DNA of 20,000 bases. Origin: an uncultured virus (IMG/VR IMGVR_UViG_3300027707_000912). Taxonomy: Duplodnaviria > Heunggongvirae > Uroviricota > Caudoviricetes. The notes beneath the pieces are model-generated. The model was not told the origin of the DNA, did not search any database, and saw nothing but the letters and a program-made list of their open reading frames with translations. Within the stretch, counting starts at the first letter, position 1, and every line of letters starts with the position of its first letter. Made by a program: the position numbers and the translations under genes. The DNA lies in the IMG/VR virus record IMGVR_UViG_3300027707_000912, one strand, 5' to 3'. Shown piece by piece: positions 1 through 9,192 of the stretch.

Positions 1-1736
1 CAGGCGACGAGATACAAGTTACTCTTGATAAGACTAAAACAAGTCCTAAGTTAGTAAAGACTATTAAATTTTCCCCAGAGGCCGCAGACAGATTAGAAGC
101 TATTTGGAATCCAACTGGCCGCGACAGATTAGAGTCACCTGATGGCGAACAGCTAGAACAAATCAAAACAGTTTTATTACCAGCTAAAGGCGGTGGCGAA
201 TATCGAGTTAACCAAATTGAAAAGACTGGCGCTATCAAGCAAAAAGTAGGCGAAAAACCAGGTGAGAAAACTTACAGTAAATGGTGGAATGACGGCAACG
301 TTGCAGAAGCTATTATGGCATCTGCTGTACTAACAAAATTTGAAAAAGAGGGTGCTGAATTAGAAGCCAAGGATGTATTTGGTACAGCACAACGCATTGA
401 AGGTACAAGTATTAAAAGCACAGCATTTGGTAAAGCTATAGAACTTAATATTGCACTGGCAGGTGAAGACTTTAAAGCATTTATAATGTCTGCACGTAAT
501 CCTCAAGAATTTTTAAAATATGAAAATTCAAAACAAGTATACAAAATGTTTAGTGATTGCGCAACATACGTTAATCAATCAAGTGCTGTTAAATCTGCAT
601 TAGAAAAAATTAAAAATGCCGATACTAAAGATGTAATCTCAGTTACAGCTGATGGCGCAACACACGAAGCCCAACATAGTACAAAAGCAGACTTATGGAT
701 TGCTCTTAATGGAACTAAAGAAAAACTATTAAGTATTAAAACAAGCACAGTTAAGCATATTGGCGGATATGCTGGTTATGAGTTTGATAAAATTGATACA
801 TTCTTAAACAGTGTATTAGGCATACACTTACCCGAAGAAATAAAGAAAAAGTTTAAGATGGTGCCGTTGCAGTTTTCACCAAAGAATCCTCCAACAGACG
901 AAACTGGTAATCTATTGTTTCCGGATTGGAAGAAAGGTGATCCTGCTCCAGAAGGATACTTATATTCTAAAGAAAGAGAACCTATCGCTAAAGCGGCACG
1001 CGATTATAATTCTAGAATTGCTATTCCTGCGGCCTATAAGTACATGGATAAAGAACTAAAGAAATTATTGTCCGGTAGTGCTAATGAGTATGATTTTGTT
1101 AAAGAAGTGACAACCGGAGTGGTACATCATGCAACTCTAGGACAAGATGTTCGTGTAGTAGTTATTAGCCCTTCAGCTAAAGAAGCATATAAAGAATTAT
1201 CGTTTGGCCCGGAATTTCATGAAGCACTAAAAAATTACAATCTAACACACGAATTAACAATCTCTGAAAAAACTTGTATCTTAAAGATTTACGGTTTTGC
1301 TGTAACTGATTTAGGAAAACGCATTAATAATGGTGATAGTATGTTTGTACAACTACGTACATATAACCAAGACAAAACTACACGCAACGTAGTTGAAATG
1401 GGCGGTTTGTTGAAGAAACTTACTGACATAACTCAACAAGAAGGTGCAGATACTGCATCAACGTTTGATACACGGGCTAAACCAGTATTTGACCAACCAA
1501 CGGCAACTAGCCCTGCAAAAACAAAAACAGAGCCAAATGCCGCAGTTAAAGCAACTACTACACAAGCACCAATGCCAACTGTTCCTACATCACAACAACC
1601 TGCAGACGTTTCACAGCAATCGCAACTAGCTAACGATGAAGAAAAGGTTGCAGAACAACACAAATGGCAACCCCACAAAGATGAACATGTAAGTGAATTA
1701 CAACGCATGTTACATTTAGCAAAATACTCACACTAA
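1..1736 (+). CDS. Large hypothetical phage protein, 5'-truncated; possible PD-(D/E)XK-like nuclease fold plus low-complexity P/T/Q/A tail
   Basis: The frame is open from position 3 to the stop at 1736, so the track start at 315 is internal. Motifs GNVAE...TKADLWI...LLSIK resemble restriction-endonuclease-like active sites. Confidence 0.6.
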   Translation, partial: GDEIQVTLDKTKTSPKLVKTIKFSPEAADRLEAIWNPTGRDRLESPDGEQLEQIKTVLLPAKGGGEYRVNQIEKTGAIKQKVGEKPGEKTYSKWWNDGNVAEAIMASAVLTKFEKEGAELEAKDVFGTAQRIEGTSIKSTAFGKAIELNIALAGEDFKAFIMSARNPQEFLKYENSKQVYKMFSDCATYVNQSSAVKSALEKIKNADTKDVISVTADGATHEAQHSTKADLWIALNGTKEKLLSIKTSTVKHIGGYAGYEFDKIDTFLNSVLGIHLPEEIKKKFKMVPLQFSPKNPPTDETGNLLFPDWKKGDPAPEGYLYSKEREPIAKAARDYNSRIAIPAAYKYMDKELKKLLSGSANEYDFVKEVTTGVVHHATLGQDVRVVVISPSAKEAYKELSFGPEFHEALKNYNLTHELTISEKTCILKIYGFAVTDLGKRINNGDSMFVQLRTYNQDKTTRNVVEMGGLLKKLTDITQQEGADTASTFDTRAKPVFDQPTATSPAKTKTEPNAAVKATTTQAPMPTVPTSQQPADVSQQSQLANDEEKVAEQHKWQPHKDEHVSELQRMLHLAKYSH

Positions 1737-1820
1737 GTTTGTTTTAGAACAAGAAAAAGCAGTCATTTAATGATTCCCCACCTCATAGTAAATACTGGTG
1801 AGGAACCTCGGGAGCGAAAA

Positions 1821-2252
1821 ATGTTAGACGGAATTAAGTCCGCCACAACTACCCTTAAATCTGCGCAAAGTGCAGGCAAGGAATTAGGAGCAGTTGTATC
1901 AAGCCAACAGGCTGATATGGAAGCTACCGTTCAGCGCGAGCATGAATCCCGTATAAAATCTAAACTAGCAGAGCAACATCGAAAATCAACTCTTGAGTAT
2001 AGAGCTCTTGAAAAATTTGAGACTAAGATGAAGTACGAGCGAGATGTAGCTAGACTAAAGGCTGAAACTATTCAAAAATACGGCAAGGATGCGTGGATCA
2101 AAGTAGAAGCTGAAAAAGCTGTTATAGAAAAAGAATATAAAGCTGAATTATCTGCAATGGATCGCGACCGACAAAAACAAATTGATGTGTTGTGCTGGTG
2201 TTTTGTAGCTGGCACATTAGTTACTTACTTTTTTAAACTATACAAAATATGA
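1821..2252 (+). CDS. Coiled-coil protein with C-terminal TM helix
   Basis: Track ORF 1770..2252. Better start is ATG 1821, after TAAATA (1789-1794) and GGAGCGA RBS. Hydrophobic C-terminus VLCWCFVAGTLVTYFF. Confidence 0.75.
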   Translation: MLDGIKSATTTLKSAQSAGKELGAVVSSQQADMEATVQREHESRIKSKLAEQHRKSTLEYRALEKFETKMKYERDVARLKAETIQKYGKDAWIKVEAEKAVIEKEYKAELSAMDRDRQKQIDVLCWCFVAGTLVTYFFKLYKI

Positions 2253-2329
2253 GATTGCCACAAATTGTTCTGATATTAACATTATTAGTCACTGCGTTCT
2301 TGATATGGATGGAATGGCAATTGAAGTAA
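2249..2329 (+). CDS. 26-aa single-TM peptide MRLPQIVLILTLLVTAFLIWMEWQLK
   Basis: ATGA overlap with the upstream stop; one hydrophobic helix; below the track cutoff. Confidence 0.55.
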   Translation: MRLPQIVLILTLLVTAFLIWMEWQLK

Positions 2330-2336
2330 TTAACAC

Positions 2337-3119
2337 CTAGCGTCCTATATATACTTTAGGCTCTGCTTCAGATTGTCGCTGTTTTTCAGACTTGGGAAAT
2401 AACTCGTTGCCGTATTGTGGGTATTTTTGCTGGCGATCATGTGCTACCCACATGAACACTCCGCCCATGATAATGATGATGATCATGATTGCTACACCGA
2501 TGATCAACTCTTCTCTCAGCTGTTTCATACGGGCCGCACGTCTACGATCCTGTACCTCCTGAATTTTCATTTGCTTGATGATGAGAACTTTTTGTTCCTT
2601 ACCCATTTCTCTCATCATCTCTTCTACTTCTGTATAAAGCGCACCCAGTTCTTTAGGGCTTTGATACACCATTATCTCACGCAGTTCAGTGCCCATTTGT
2701 TCCAATTGCTTGCGCATCAACACACGTTGTAAGGCACGTTTACCTAGGCTGTCATCTCCAGTATAAACTTGTGTTTTACTGCGACGTTCTTCTTCAGCAA
2801 AGATTGCCATACACTTGTTTAAGTTATCGTAATATGCGCCAAGATGATTGCCAATCTCTGTGTAAACACCGGTATGCTCGCCCGAGTTAGCCTTTTTGTT
2901 TAACTCGACAACTTCGTTTTTTGTACGAATGTATTGATTACGTTGCTCTACTGTGGCTGGTTTTTCAGCCGGGTGAAGTTTTTGGAACTGTGCATCAAGA
3001 TCTTTGAGTACATCCTTGACATCACCCGCCGCACCTTTGATATCTTTATAAAGTTTACAGCCAGCCTTGACTGCGGACACTGCGGCATTGGCCAGTGCAA
3101 AGAGTGTTAAGGGATCCAT
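2337..3119 (-). CDS. Helical membrane-anchored protein (MDPLT... family), paralog of 3635..4249
   Basis: 260-aa ORF; N-terminal MDPLTLFALANAAVSAVK, coiled coil, C-terminal TM segment. Confidence 0.85.
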   Translation of the reverse strand: MDPLTLFALANAAVSAVKAGCKLYKDIKGAAGDVKDVLKDLDAQFQKLHPAEKPATVEQRNQYIRTKNEVVELNKKANSGEHTGVYTEIGNHLGAYYDNLNKCMAIFAEEERRSKTQVYTGDDSLGKRALQRVLMRKQLEQMGTELREIMVYQSPKELGALYTEVEEMMREMGKEQKVLIIKQMKIQEVQDRRRAARMKQLREELIIGVAIMIIIIIMGGVFMWVAHDRQQKYPQYGNELFPKSEKQRQSEAEPKVYIGR

Positions 3120-3364
3120 TACTTGACCTCTTTCCGATAGCGATATTCAACACAAATCAATGTTCTATTGCTGACATCACCAATCCAAGCAGTTCTAACA
3201 CATTGGGCAACACCCTGATTGAGCGTTACTTCACGTTCTCGACTGGGTAATTCTCTAGCTACATTGGGACGATCACCGCCGTACATGGGTGAACTTGACA
3301 CTATCGTAGAAACACACAGAGTCGATAATGCCAGGACCACAATTATTCTGTTTAGGGTTTCCAT
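3119..3364 (-). CDS. Small exported protein with Cys-pair motif CVRxxWxGDVxNRTxxC
   Basis: 81 aa; signal-like N-terminus; stop overlaps the next start (TAATG). Confidence 0.75.
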   Translation of the reverse strand: METLNRIIVVLALSTLCVSTIVSSSPMYGGDRPNVARELPSREREVTLNQGVAQCVRTAWIGDVSNRTLICVEYRYRKEVK

Positions 3365-3513
3365 CTATTTTCTCTCTTGCGCCATTCTAAACATATCACT
3401 GTGCGATTGTAAACGTCACCGGTCCATGTCCAACGCACACACTCCCACTCTGGCCATTTCTTAACTGGTTCTTGTGCAAGGGCTAGCATCAATATCCATT
3501 CGTACATGATCAT
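3352..3513 (-). CDS. 53-aa paralog of 3119..3364 (MIMYEWILMLALAQEPVKKWPEWECVRWTWTGDVYNRTVICLEWRKRENRWKP)
   Basis: Translated by hand; shares the CVR..W.GDV.NRT..C motif; ATGA-coupled to the upstream ORF. Alternative start at 3507. Confidence 0.75.
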   Translation of the reverse strand: MIMYEWILMLALAQEPVKKWPEWECVRWTWTGDVYNRTVICLEWRKRENRWKP

Positions 3514-3623
3514 TTTCTATCTTTGAGCCAATCTTTAAACATGACACAAAATATAGCCACTAATGGAGTCATTGACAATAAGAACAGCAGATCATTGAAT
3601 GTGATAATAATGTTGAAGTACAT
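3510..3623 (-). CDS. 37-aa membrane peptide MYFNIIITFNDLLFLLSMTPLVAIFCVMFKDWLKDRK
   Basis: AAGGAA RBS; fills the gap in the operon; hydrophobic helix with basic tail. Confidence 0.6.
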   Translation of the reverse strand: MYFNIIITFNDLLFLLSMTPLVAIFCVMFKDWLKDRK

Positions 3624-3634
3624 ACGTTCCTTTG

Positions 3635-4249
3635 TTAATTTTTAGCATAATCTTCGCGTTCTTTCTTTTCACGAGCTTCGCGTTCTTTTTGTTGTTGACG
3701 AATAACTAGATTTCTCTTGACAACCTTTTCTTCATAAATTCGTTTTTCTTCCATCTGGCCGTAAATGCCAACACCGCCCATGGCAAATGCAAATACAATC
3801 ACTGACCCTGCTAGGAAATACATGCCAAAAATAAACGTATCAGCCATTTTTTTCTTGTGTGCTAGTTCACGTTCTTCTTCTGCACGTTGGGCTTCTGCAC
3901 GGGCTTTGAACAGCCTGGTGCGCTCGGTAATCATTTGTTCCCAGATTTGAGGTTTACCTAACTGCCAAAGAATCATGTCTTTGAGTTCACGCTCTGCTTG
4001 ACGTAGGGCATCACTATGCATGGCAATTTGTAGGGCTTCGTGCCCCAATTCAGCATCAGTTTTGCCCAGTATGTTAGCTTTGGCTTTTAACTTTGTTCGT
4101 TCACGATGTATAGAATCTGATGATTCAAAGAATTTGCTGAATTGCCCTACTAGACTGTTGATATCCTTGCCCAGAGCTATGGCTTGCTTTATATGGCTGA
4201 CCGCAGATTGTGCAGCCGCAAAGGCTAATCCGATAGTGATTGGATCCAT
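3635..4249 (-). CDS. Helical membrane-anchored protein (MDPIT... family)
   Basis: 204-aa ORF; GGAGCGA RBS; TAAATA 25 nt upstream; TM segment FIFGMYFLAGSVIVFAFAMGGVGIY. Confidence 0.85.
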   Translation of the reverse strand: MDPITIGLAFAAAQSAVSHIKQAIALGKDINSLVGQFSKFFESSDSIHRERTKLKAKANILGKTDAELGHEALQIAMHSDALRQAERELKDMILWQLGKPQIWEQMITERTRLFKARAEAQRAEEERELAHKKKMADTFIFGMYFLAGSVIVFAFAMGGVGIYGQMEEKRIYEEKVVKRNLVIRQQQKEREAREKKEREDYAKN

Positions 4250-4294
4250 AGTCGCTCCTGACCCGTTATATTATATTTACTAAATTACAGCCAC

Positions 4295-4319
4295 AAAAAA
4301 AGAGCTTGAAAGCTCTTTT
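4295..4319 (-). terminator. Intrinsic terminator after the desaturase
   Basis: AAAAGAGCT-TGAA-AGCTCTTTT hairpin with a 7-T tract on the minus strand. Confidence 0.75.
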
Positions 4320-4335
4320 CTATGTTTGTTTATTA

Positions 4336-5043
4336 TTAATGTGTTCTAAGACGTGCTAATCCTACCGTTCTAAATATAGTGAACCACATCCAACCAATAT
4401 CAAATTCAAACCAACGACGACTTAGTTTAGGATTAGCAGGATCTAAGTGATGATTGTTGTGTAGTTCTTCTCCACCAATCAATATACCCCAAGGCACTAC
4501 ATTATGCGAATGGTCTTTGGTTTCGCCATTGCGATAACCCCACCAGTGTCCAATGCCGTTGATAAAGCCAGCGGCCCAGAAAGGTATCCATATCATTTGT
4601 ACACCCCACACTAAAAATCCCCATGGCCCAAATAACAATAGGTCTATAACCAGCATTACAAGAATGCCAAGGCGATGGTGAGGTGTATAAAGTTTACGTT
4701 CGATCCAGTCTTTAGGAGTACCCATGCCATATTTCATAACCATGTGGGCATCGCTGCCTGCTTGATTATAATACTTGACTCCACCAAACACTAGATTCCA
4801 GATACCGAATACATGCGGGCTATGTGGGTCACCTTCTACGTCTGTATTTTGATGATGCTTACGATGTACTGCTACCCATTGCTTGGTAGTCATGCCAGTA
4901 GTTAGCCATAACCAAAATCGCATAAAATGACTTAATATTGGGTGGAATTCAATTCCCTTGTGTGCTTGGCATCTGTGTAGGTATAGTGTAACTGACACTA
5001 TTGTGATGTGCGTCATCACTAACGTAGCTATAATTTCTATCAT
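4336..5043 (-). CDS. Membrane fatty-acid (delta-9-type acyl-lipid/acyl-CoA) desaturase
   Basis: Three His boxes HRCQAH, HRKHH, HNNHH plus DPHSP and TM segments. Confidence 0.92.
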   Translation of the reverse strand: MIEIIATLVMTHITIVSVTLYLHRCQAHKGIEFHPILSHFMRFWLWLTTGMTTKQWVAVHRKHHQNTDVEGDPHSPHVFGIWNLVFGGVKYYNQAGSDAHMVMKYGMGTPKDWIERKLYTPHHRLGILVMLVIDLLLFGPWGFLVWGVQMIWIPFWAAGFINGIGHWWGYRNGETKDHSHNVVPWGILIGGEELHNNHHLDPANPKLSRRWFEFDIGWMWFTIFRTVGLARLRTH

Positions 5044-5678
5044 GTAATATTTAGCTGGTTTACAAAGTCTAAAAGTAAATTATGTCTACTGTTATAGTTG
5101 CCTTGCAACCATGTATAGCTATTGTACCAAAATTGTTCAGCTTCCGGATGGCATCCTATAAGCCCTATGTTGTTTTGTATTATAGCCATAGCATCGCCGT
5201 TGGCATAAGTTGCTATAGTATTAAACTTGCTAGAATCTCCAACTAAGGCACACCCGTCATAAAAAAACATCCTGTTAGGATGTCCTTGCCAAACTATGTT
5301 TATATCTTTAGCATGTGGTCTACGGGTATCTGTGTTAGGCCGTGTAATATATTGTACAGCGTCAACACTGTCCAACAAGTTCAAATAATATGATCCTGCC
5401 CAGTATGCGCCCATACAGATACCTAAATATTTGCCACCATTAGTTACAAACTTCTTAACACTATTTTGATTTGCGTTGAATAAGCGATCGAATGAATCAG
5501 CATCACCAAAGCCGCCAGGCACAGCTACAATGTCAACATTGTCAAAAAACCCATCTTCTACTTCACTTTTACTAAACAGTTTGAATGTGTAGTCGCTACT
5601 TAATGCTGTTATTATGCCGTTAGCACTTTGTACAGAACAATAGGGATCTGCTACAAACAATGCTATAGTAGTTTTCAT
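5040..5678 (-). CDS. Class I glutamine amidotransferase-like (BPL_N-type) protein
   Basis: VPGG, GGKYLGICMGAY nucleophile elbow and HPE motif. Confidence 0.75.
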   Translation of the reverse strand: MKTTIALFVADPYCSVQSANGIITALSSDYTFKLFSKSEVEDGFFDNVDIVAVPGGFGDADSFDRLFNANQNSVKKFVTNGGKYLGICMGAYWAGSYYLNLLDSVDAVQYITRPNTDTRRPHAKDINIVWQGHPNRMFFYDGCALVGDSSKFNTIATYANGDAMAIIQNNIGLIGCHPEAEQFWYNSYTWLQGNYNSRHNLLLDFVNQLNIT

Positions 5679-5704
5679 AATACTCCTTAACTGCTAGTTT
5701 GTGT

Positions 5705-6907
5705 CTAGATTTTTGGTATGACTAATTCATCGCCTATGAAAATTACATCTGGATTTTTGATTTGTGGGTTAGCTTTAACTAACGCATTTATATTAACGTT
5801 GTTTGATCGAGCTATTTTTGTCAAAGTATCGCCGGCCTTAATAATCTGCGTCTTTGAACTTAGGCCAGCATTTTTCTTAATTCTAGCTAGCAATGAACCA
5901 TACCACGACAGTTCTGCTGGTTTCTTGCTTGAAGATGGTTTAGCAGGAGTAGTTCCAATGTCCAGCGCAGACTTTACTGTGGCTACACCTTGTTTTACAA
6001 CATCGCCAACTACATTAGCACCTTGTTTTAATTTATCAGCAACCACGGCAGCGCCTTGTTTTAGGGTATCTAAGAATCCTGTAACTATTAGTTTACCGTT
6101 ACCATCTGGGAGTATTTTAATTATCACATTGTCCGGAGTCAATCTGTCAACTTCTTTGCGTAATAGTTCCAGTCCGCCTTTGGGTACTGGGTGACGTTTT
6201 ATATATGCTACAGCCGCGCTGTCAAAATCTTGATACATCATTTGAAACATTTTAACTTCTTGTTTGGATTTAAATATTAGGTCAGGACCGATTTGATTAG
6301 GAACTTGTAACGAATATATCATAAGATGTTCTAAAAAGTTTCGTTCACCGGTATTTTCAAGGCCAAGCCCTGAAACCTGTTCACCACTAGTGTACAATTC
6401 GTCTATGTATTTTCGTGTTCTTGGGTTTACATTATTGACTATTTCAGGAATTTCTGTAAGGATGGCGAACCCTCTATGTCGGGCCTCGTGTGCCAGTAAA
6501 CTGGTATCAATCTCACCCGTTGCTGGATAAAAGTGATCGTAATTTATTATTATATTGTAATGGTACTCTTTTCGTATTTGATATCCTCGGGTACTAGGAT
6601 CACGGTTTCCAGTGTAGGCAGTTGGATAATATTCGCCGGCTATTGAAGTTTTATCGTCAATACGAAAGCCAAGCTCCTTAGCACTATCTGGATCAGCTAC
6701 CCCAATCCTTGCTGGACTTTTTAGTTTTACATCAAGTATACTTTGGCTGTTAGGATCGCCAGCAAGCCCTAAAAATACAAGGCCGTCGATTTTGCCGTGG
6801 CCGGCACGGTCTGGATCTGTAGCTAACGCGGCCATGGCTAGTTTAAATTTAGCCCAGTCAATTTTAGGATCGTGGACATTTTCTGCTAATAATTCGGAAA
6901 TTTTCAT
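5705..6907 (-). CDS. Putative zincin metallopeptidase with C-terminal LysM domain
   Basis: LLAHEARHRG (HExxH); C-terminal IKAGDTLTKIA...NPQIKNPDVIFIGDELVIP matches LysM. Confidence 0.75.
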   Translation of the reverse strand: MKISELLAENVHDPKIDWAKFKLAMAALATDPDRAGHGKIDGLVFLGLAGDPNSQSILDVKLKSPARIGVADPDSAKELGFRIDDKTSIAGEYYPTAYTGNRDPSTRGYQIRKEYHYNIIINYDHFYPATGEIDTSLLAHEARHRGFAILTEIPEIVNNVNPRTRKYIDELYTSGEQVSGLGLENTGERNFLEHLMIYSLQVPNQIGPDLIFKSKQEVKMFQMMYQDFDSAAVAYIKRHPVPKGGLELLRKEVDRLTPDNVIIKILPDGNGKLIVTGFLDTLKQGAAVVADKLKQGANVVGDVVKQGVATVKSALDIGTTPAKPSSSKKPAELSWYGSLLARIKKNAGLSSKTQIIKAGDTLTKIARSNNVNINALVKANPQIKNPDVIFIGDELVIPKI

Positions 6908-6935
6908 ATTAATATCTTATCAAGATTATTTATTC

Positions 6936-6962
6936 AAAAAAATAGGATCTAAAAAGATCCTA
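6936..6962 (-). terminator. Intrinsic terminator
   Basis: TAGGATCT/AGATCCTA stem followed by 7 T on the minus strand. Confidence 0.7.
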
Positions 6963-7012
6963 GCTAGCTACTTGTCCTATTGTACGCCGCTAGCCCGGCG
7001 AGTTACTTGCTA

Positions 7013-7330
7013 TTAAGCTGTTTTTTGTTCTGTTTCAACAAAAGCAACTACTTCAGCACCTTGATCATCTAACCCACCTTCTGGAAAAGGCCATGTTGAT
7101 TGTGCAACATGTTCTTCTTCTGTCATATCTTCGTAATATTCGTTTTCTTCTTCAGCTTGTTCAAAGTCTTCGTCGTCTGCTGTAGACATAATTGATAACA
7201 TAACTTTGTCGTATGCTGATAATTCATCAACTAGATCTTTCACGTGTTGTAACACTTCTAAACCGTTGTATGCATCATCATCCAATTCTAAAAAAACATT
7301 TAACCCATGTACTGTCATTTCAAGTTTCAT
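7013..7330 (-). CDS. Highly acidic hypothetical protein
   Basis: Track ORF 7013..7366; likely start MKLEMT at 7330 after an AAGGGG RBS; D/E-rich. Confidence 0.75.
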   Translation of the reverse strand: MKLEMTVHGLNVFLELDDDAYNGLEVLQHVKDLVDELSAYDKVMLSIMSTADDEDFEQAEEENEYYEDMTEEEHVAQSTWPFPEGGLDDQGAEVVAFVETEQKTA

Positions 7331-7387
7331 TTTGAGCCCCTTGTGGTTAGTGTGCTTGTGGCACATAACTATTTAAGTGATAACTGA

Positions 7388-8395
7388 TTACAATGATTTT
7401 ACAGATACTAAATTATCTCTAAAGATAGCCCAAGCACGTTCCCAAGTCCAACGCTGACTACCTGCTAATACTTTGTCTCTATCTAATAGCAAAGCATCTG
7501 TAACTGCCTGTGCCAAGTCTTCACGCATACAGCCAGTGACCCCTTCGTCAACTACATCTAATGGACCTTGACATGGATAAGCCGCTACTGGTGTACCACA
7601 GGCCATGGCTTCAATCATTACTAGTCCAAATGTTTCCCAACGACTAGGGAACACAAATACATCTGCCATGGCAAAGTACTTGGCTAGCTCTTGCCCACGC
7701 TTGGCACCCACAAATTTCACATCAGGATACTGTGCCTTATATTCTTCCAGCATAGGACCATCACCTACCATAATCTTAACGCCTGCATATGGCATTTCAA
7801 AGAACGCTTCTAAGTTCTTTTCTTTGCTCACACGGCTAACACATACTAGTATTGGACCATTCACCACTGTGCCTGTACGCTGACTTGGATTGAATATACT
7901 ACGATCAACTCCACGAGTCCAAGAAATAACGTCTCCGTCAAATCCGTGTGCCCGTAATTCTGCTACCATAGTTTCAGTAGTGGTCAACACTTTGCCACTG
8001 TGCTTGTGGAACCAACGTACTAGAGGCCAAGTAAGTGCCTCAGGGATTCCAAATAAGGCTCTAAGTCCTTCAGGGAACTTAGTATGATAAGCAGTATTGT
8101 AGCGAAAATTATGTTTTGACAAATATTTTCTAGCAGACAGACCAACAGGACCTTCTGTGGCGATATGGTAATAATCCGCACCCACCGCCTCAATCTTCTT
8201 GCCCATCGCCCTTGTATAGGCAATCTTGACTTCGTTGTAGCCAGGACAATCAAAGTGGCGGAAGTCCCCGGGAGTAATGTAAACAACGCGATACCCGTCC
8301 AGAACCGCACACGCTTCAATATTTGTGTATGTAGTGACAACGCCATTGATCTGCTCCGGTAAGTTATCAGTTATTATCAGTATTGTCTTTGTCAT
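7388..8395 (-). CDS. GT4-family glycosyltransferase, Agt-like (putative glycolipid synthase)
   Basis: QINGVVTT, HIATEGPVG, YHTKFPE, SRVSKEKNL and FPSRWETFGLVMIEAMACGTPV (ExFGxxxxE) motifs; overlaps the plcP-like gene. Confidence 0.88.
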   Translation of the reverse strand: MTKTILIITDNLPEQINGVVTTYTNIEACAVLDGYRVVYITPGDFRHFDCPGYNEVKIAYTRAMGKKIEAVGADYYHIATEGPVGLSARKYLSKHNFRYNTAYHTKFPEGLRALFGIPEALTWPLVRWFHKHSGKVLTTTETMVAELRAHGFDGDVISWTRGVDRSIFNPSQRTGTVVNGPILVCVSRVSKEKNLEAFFEMPYAGVKIMVGDGPMLEEYKAQYPDVKFVGAKRGQELAKYFAMADVFVFPSRWETFGLVMIEAMACGTPVAAYPCQGPLDVVDEGVTGCMREDLAQAVTDALLLDRDKVLAGSQRWTWERAWAIFRDNLVSVKSL

Positions 8396-9140
8396 TTGAT
8401 TTTGTCCATGTAATTATTTCCCATCGACCATCCCAGTGTTCAACCAAGGCAGTACACGACTCAACCCAGTCACCATCATTCATGTATGTGACACCGTTGA
8501 TTTCTTTTATCTCTGCGTGGTGTATGTGTCCACATATGACTCCATCAAAGCCACGCTTCTTACAATAGTTAGCCAAGTTTTCTTCAAACTTGAATATAAA
8601 GTCTACTGCTTTTTTGACCTTGTGCTTAAGAAACTGGCTAAGGCTAAAGTACCCAAAACCCATACGGCGACGAATCCAATTAAATTTATTGTTGAGTGTA
8701 AGAATAATGTCATATGCTTTGTCTCCTAAGAATGCTATCCAGGGTGCCAGTCTAGTAATACCATCAAACAAGTCACCGTGTGTGACTAGATAGTGTTTAC
8801 CATCTGCCCCTATGTGTTCCGTTTGATTGACAATTTCTATTAAGCCAAACGAGAAACCATAAGGTATCATGGGTCTTAAAAACTCATCATGATTGCCTGC
8901 TATGAATACCACACGGGTGCCACGCTTGGCGTGTCCTAGTACTCTGCGTACTACGTTAGTATGGCTTTGTTTCCATCGCCATTTATTTTGTTGTATCTTC
9001 CAAGCATCAATTATATCACCGACTAAGTAGAGAGTATCGCACGAGTTGTGCTTGAGAAAATTATTGAGTTGTTCCGCCTTGCAGTCTTTTGTACCCAAGT
9101 GGACGTCACTCACAAAAATACTACGATAAGTTTTTTGCAT
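8367..9140 (-). CDS. plcP: LpxH-like metallophosphoesterase of the PlcP (phospholipase C) type
   Basis: SDVHLG, LVGDIID, GNHD, HGD, CGHIH and NDGDWVES motifs. GNHD rather than the GNRD of enterobacterial LpxH; paired with a GT4 gene. Confidence 0.78.
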   Translation of the reverse strand: MQKTYRSIFVSDVHLGTKDCKAEQLNNFLKHNSCDTLYLVGDIIDAWKIQQNKWRWKQSHTNVVRRVLGHAKRGTRVVFIAGNHDEFLRPMIPYGFSFGLIEIVNQTEHIGADGKHYLVTHGDLFDGITRLAPWIAFLGDKAYDIILTLNNKFNWIRRRMGFGYFSLSQFLKHKVKKAVDFIFKFEENLANYCKKRGFDGVICGHIHHAEIKEINGVTYMNDGDWVESCTALVEHWDGRWEIITWTKSNDKDNTDNN

Positions 9141-9192
9141 AGCAATATTTATCGTAGTATTATGTTTGAAAGATTACTGTTGCGTTACAAAC

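Noticed and set aside
8367..9140. Annotation as true lipid A enzyme LpxH
   Set aside because: GNHD motif and GT4 pairing fit the PlcP subgroup better; no other lpx genes in the window.
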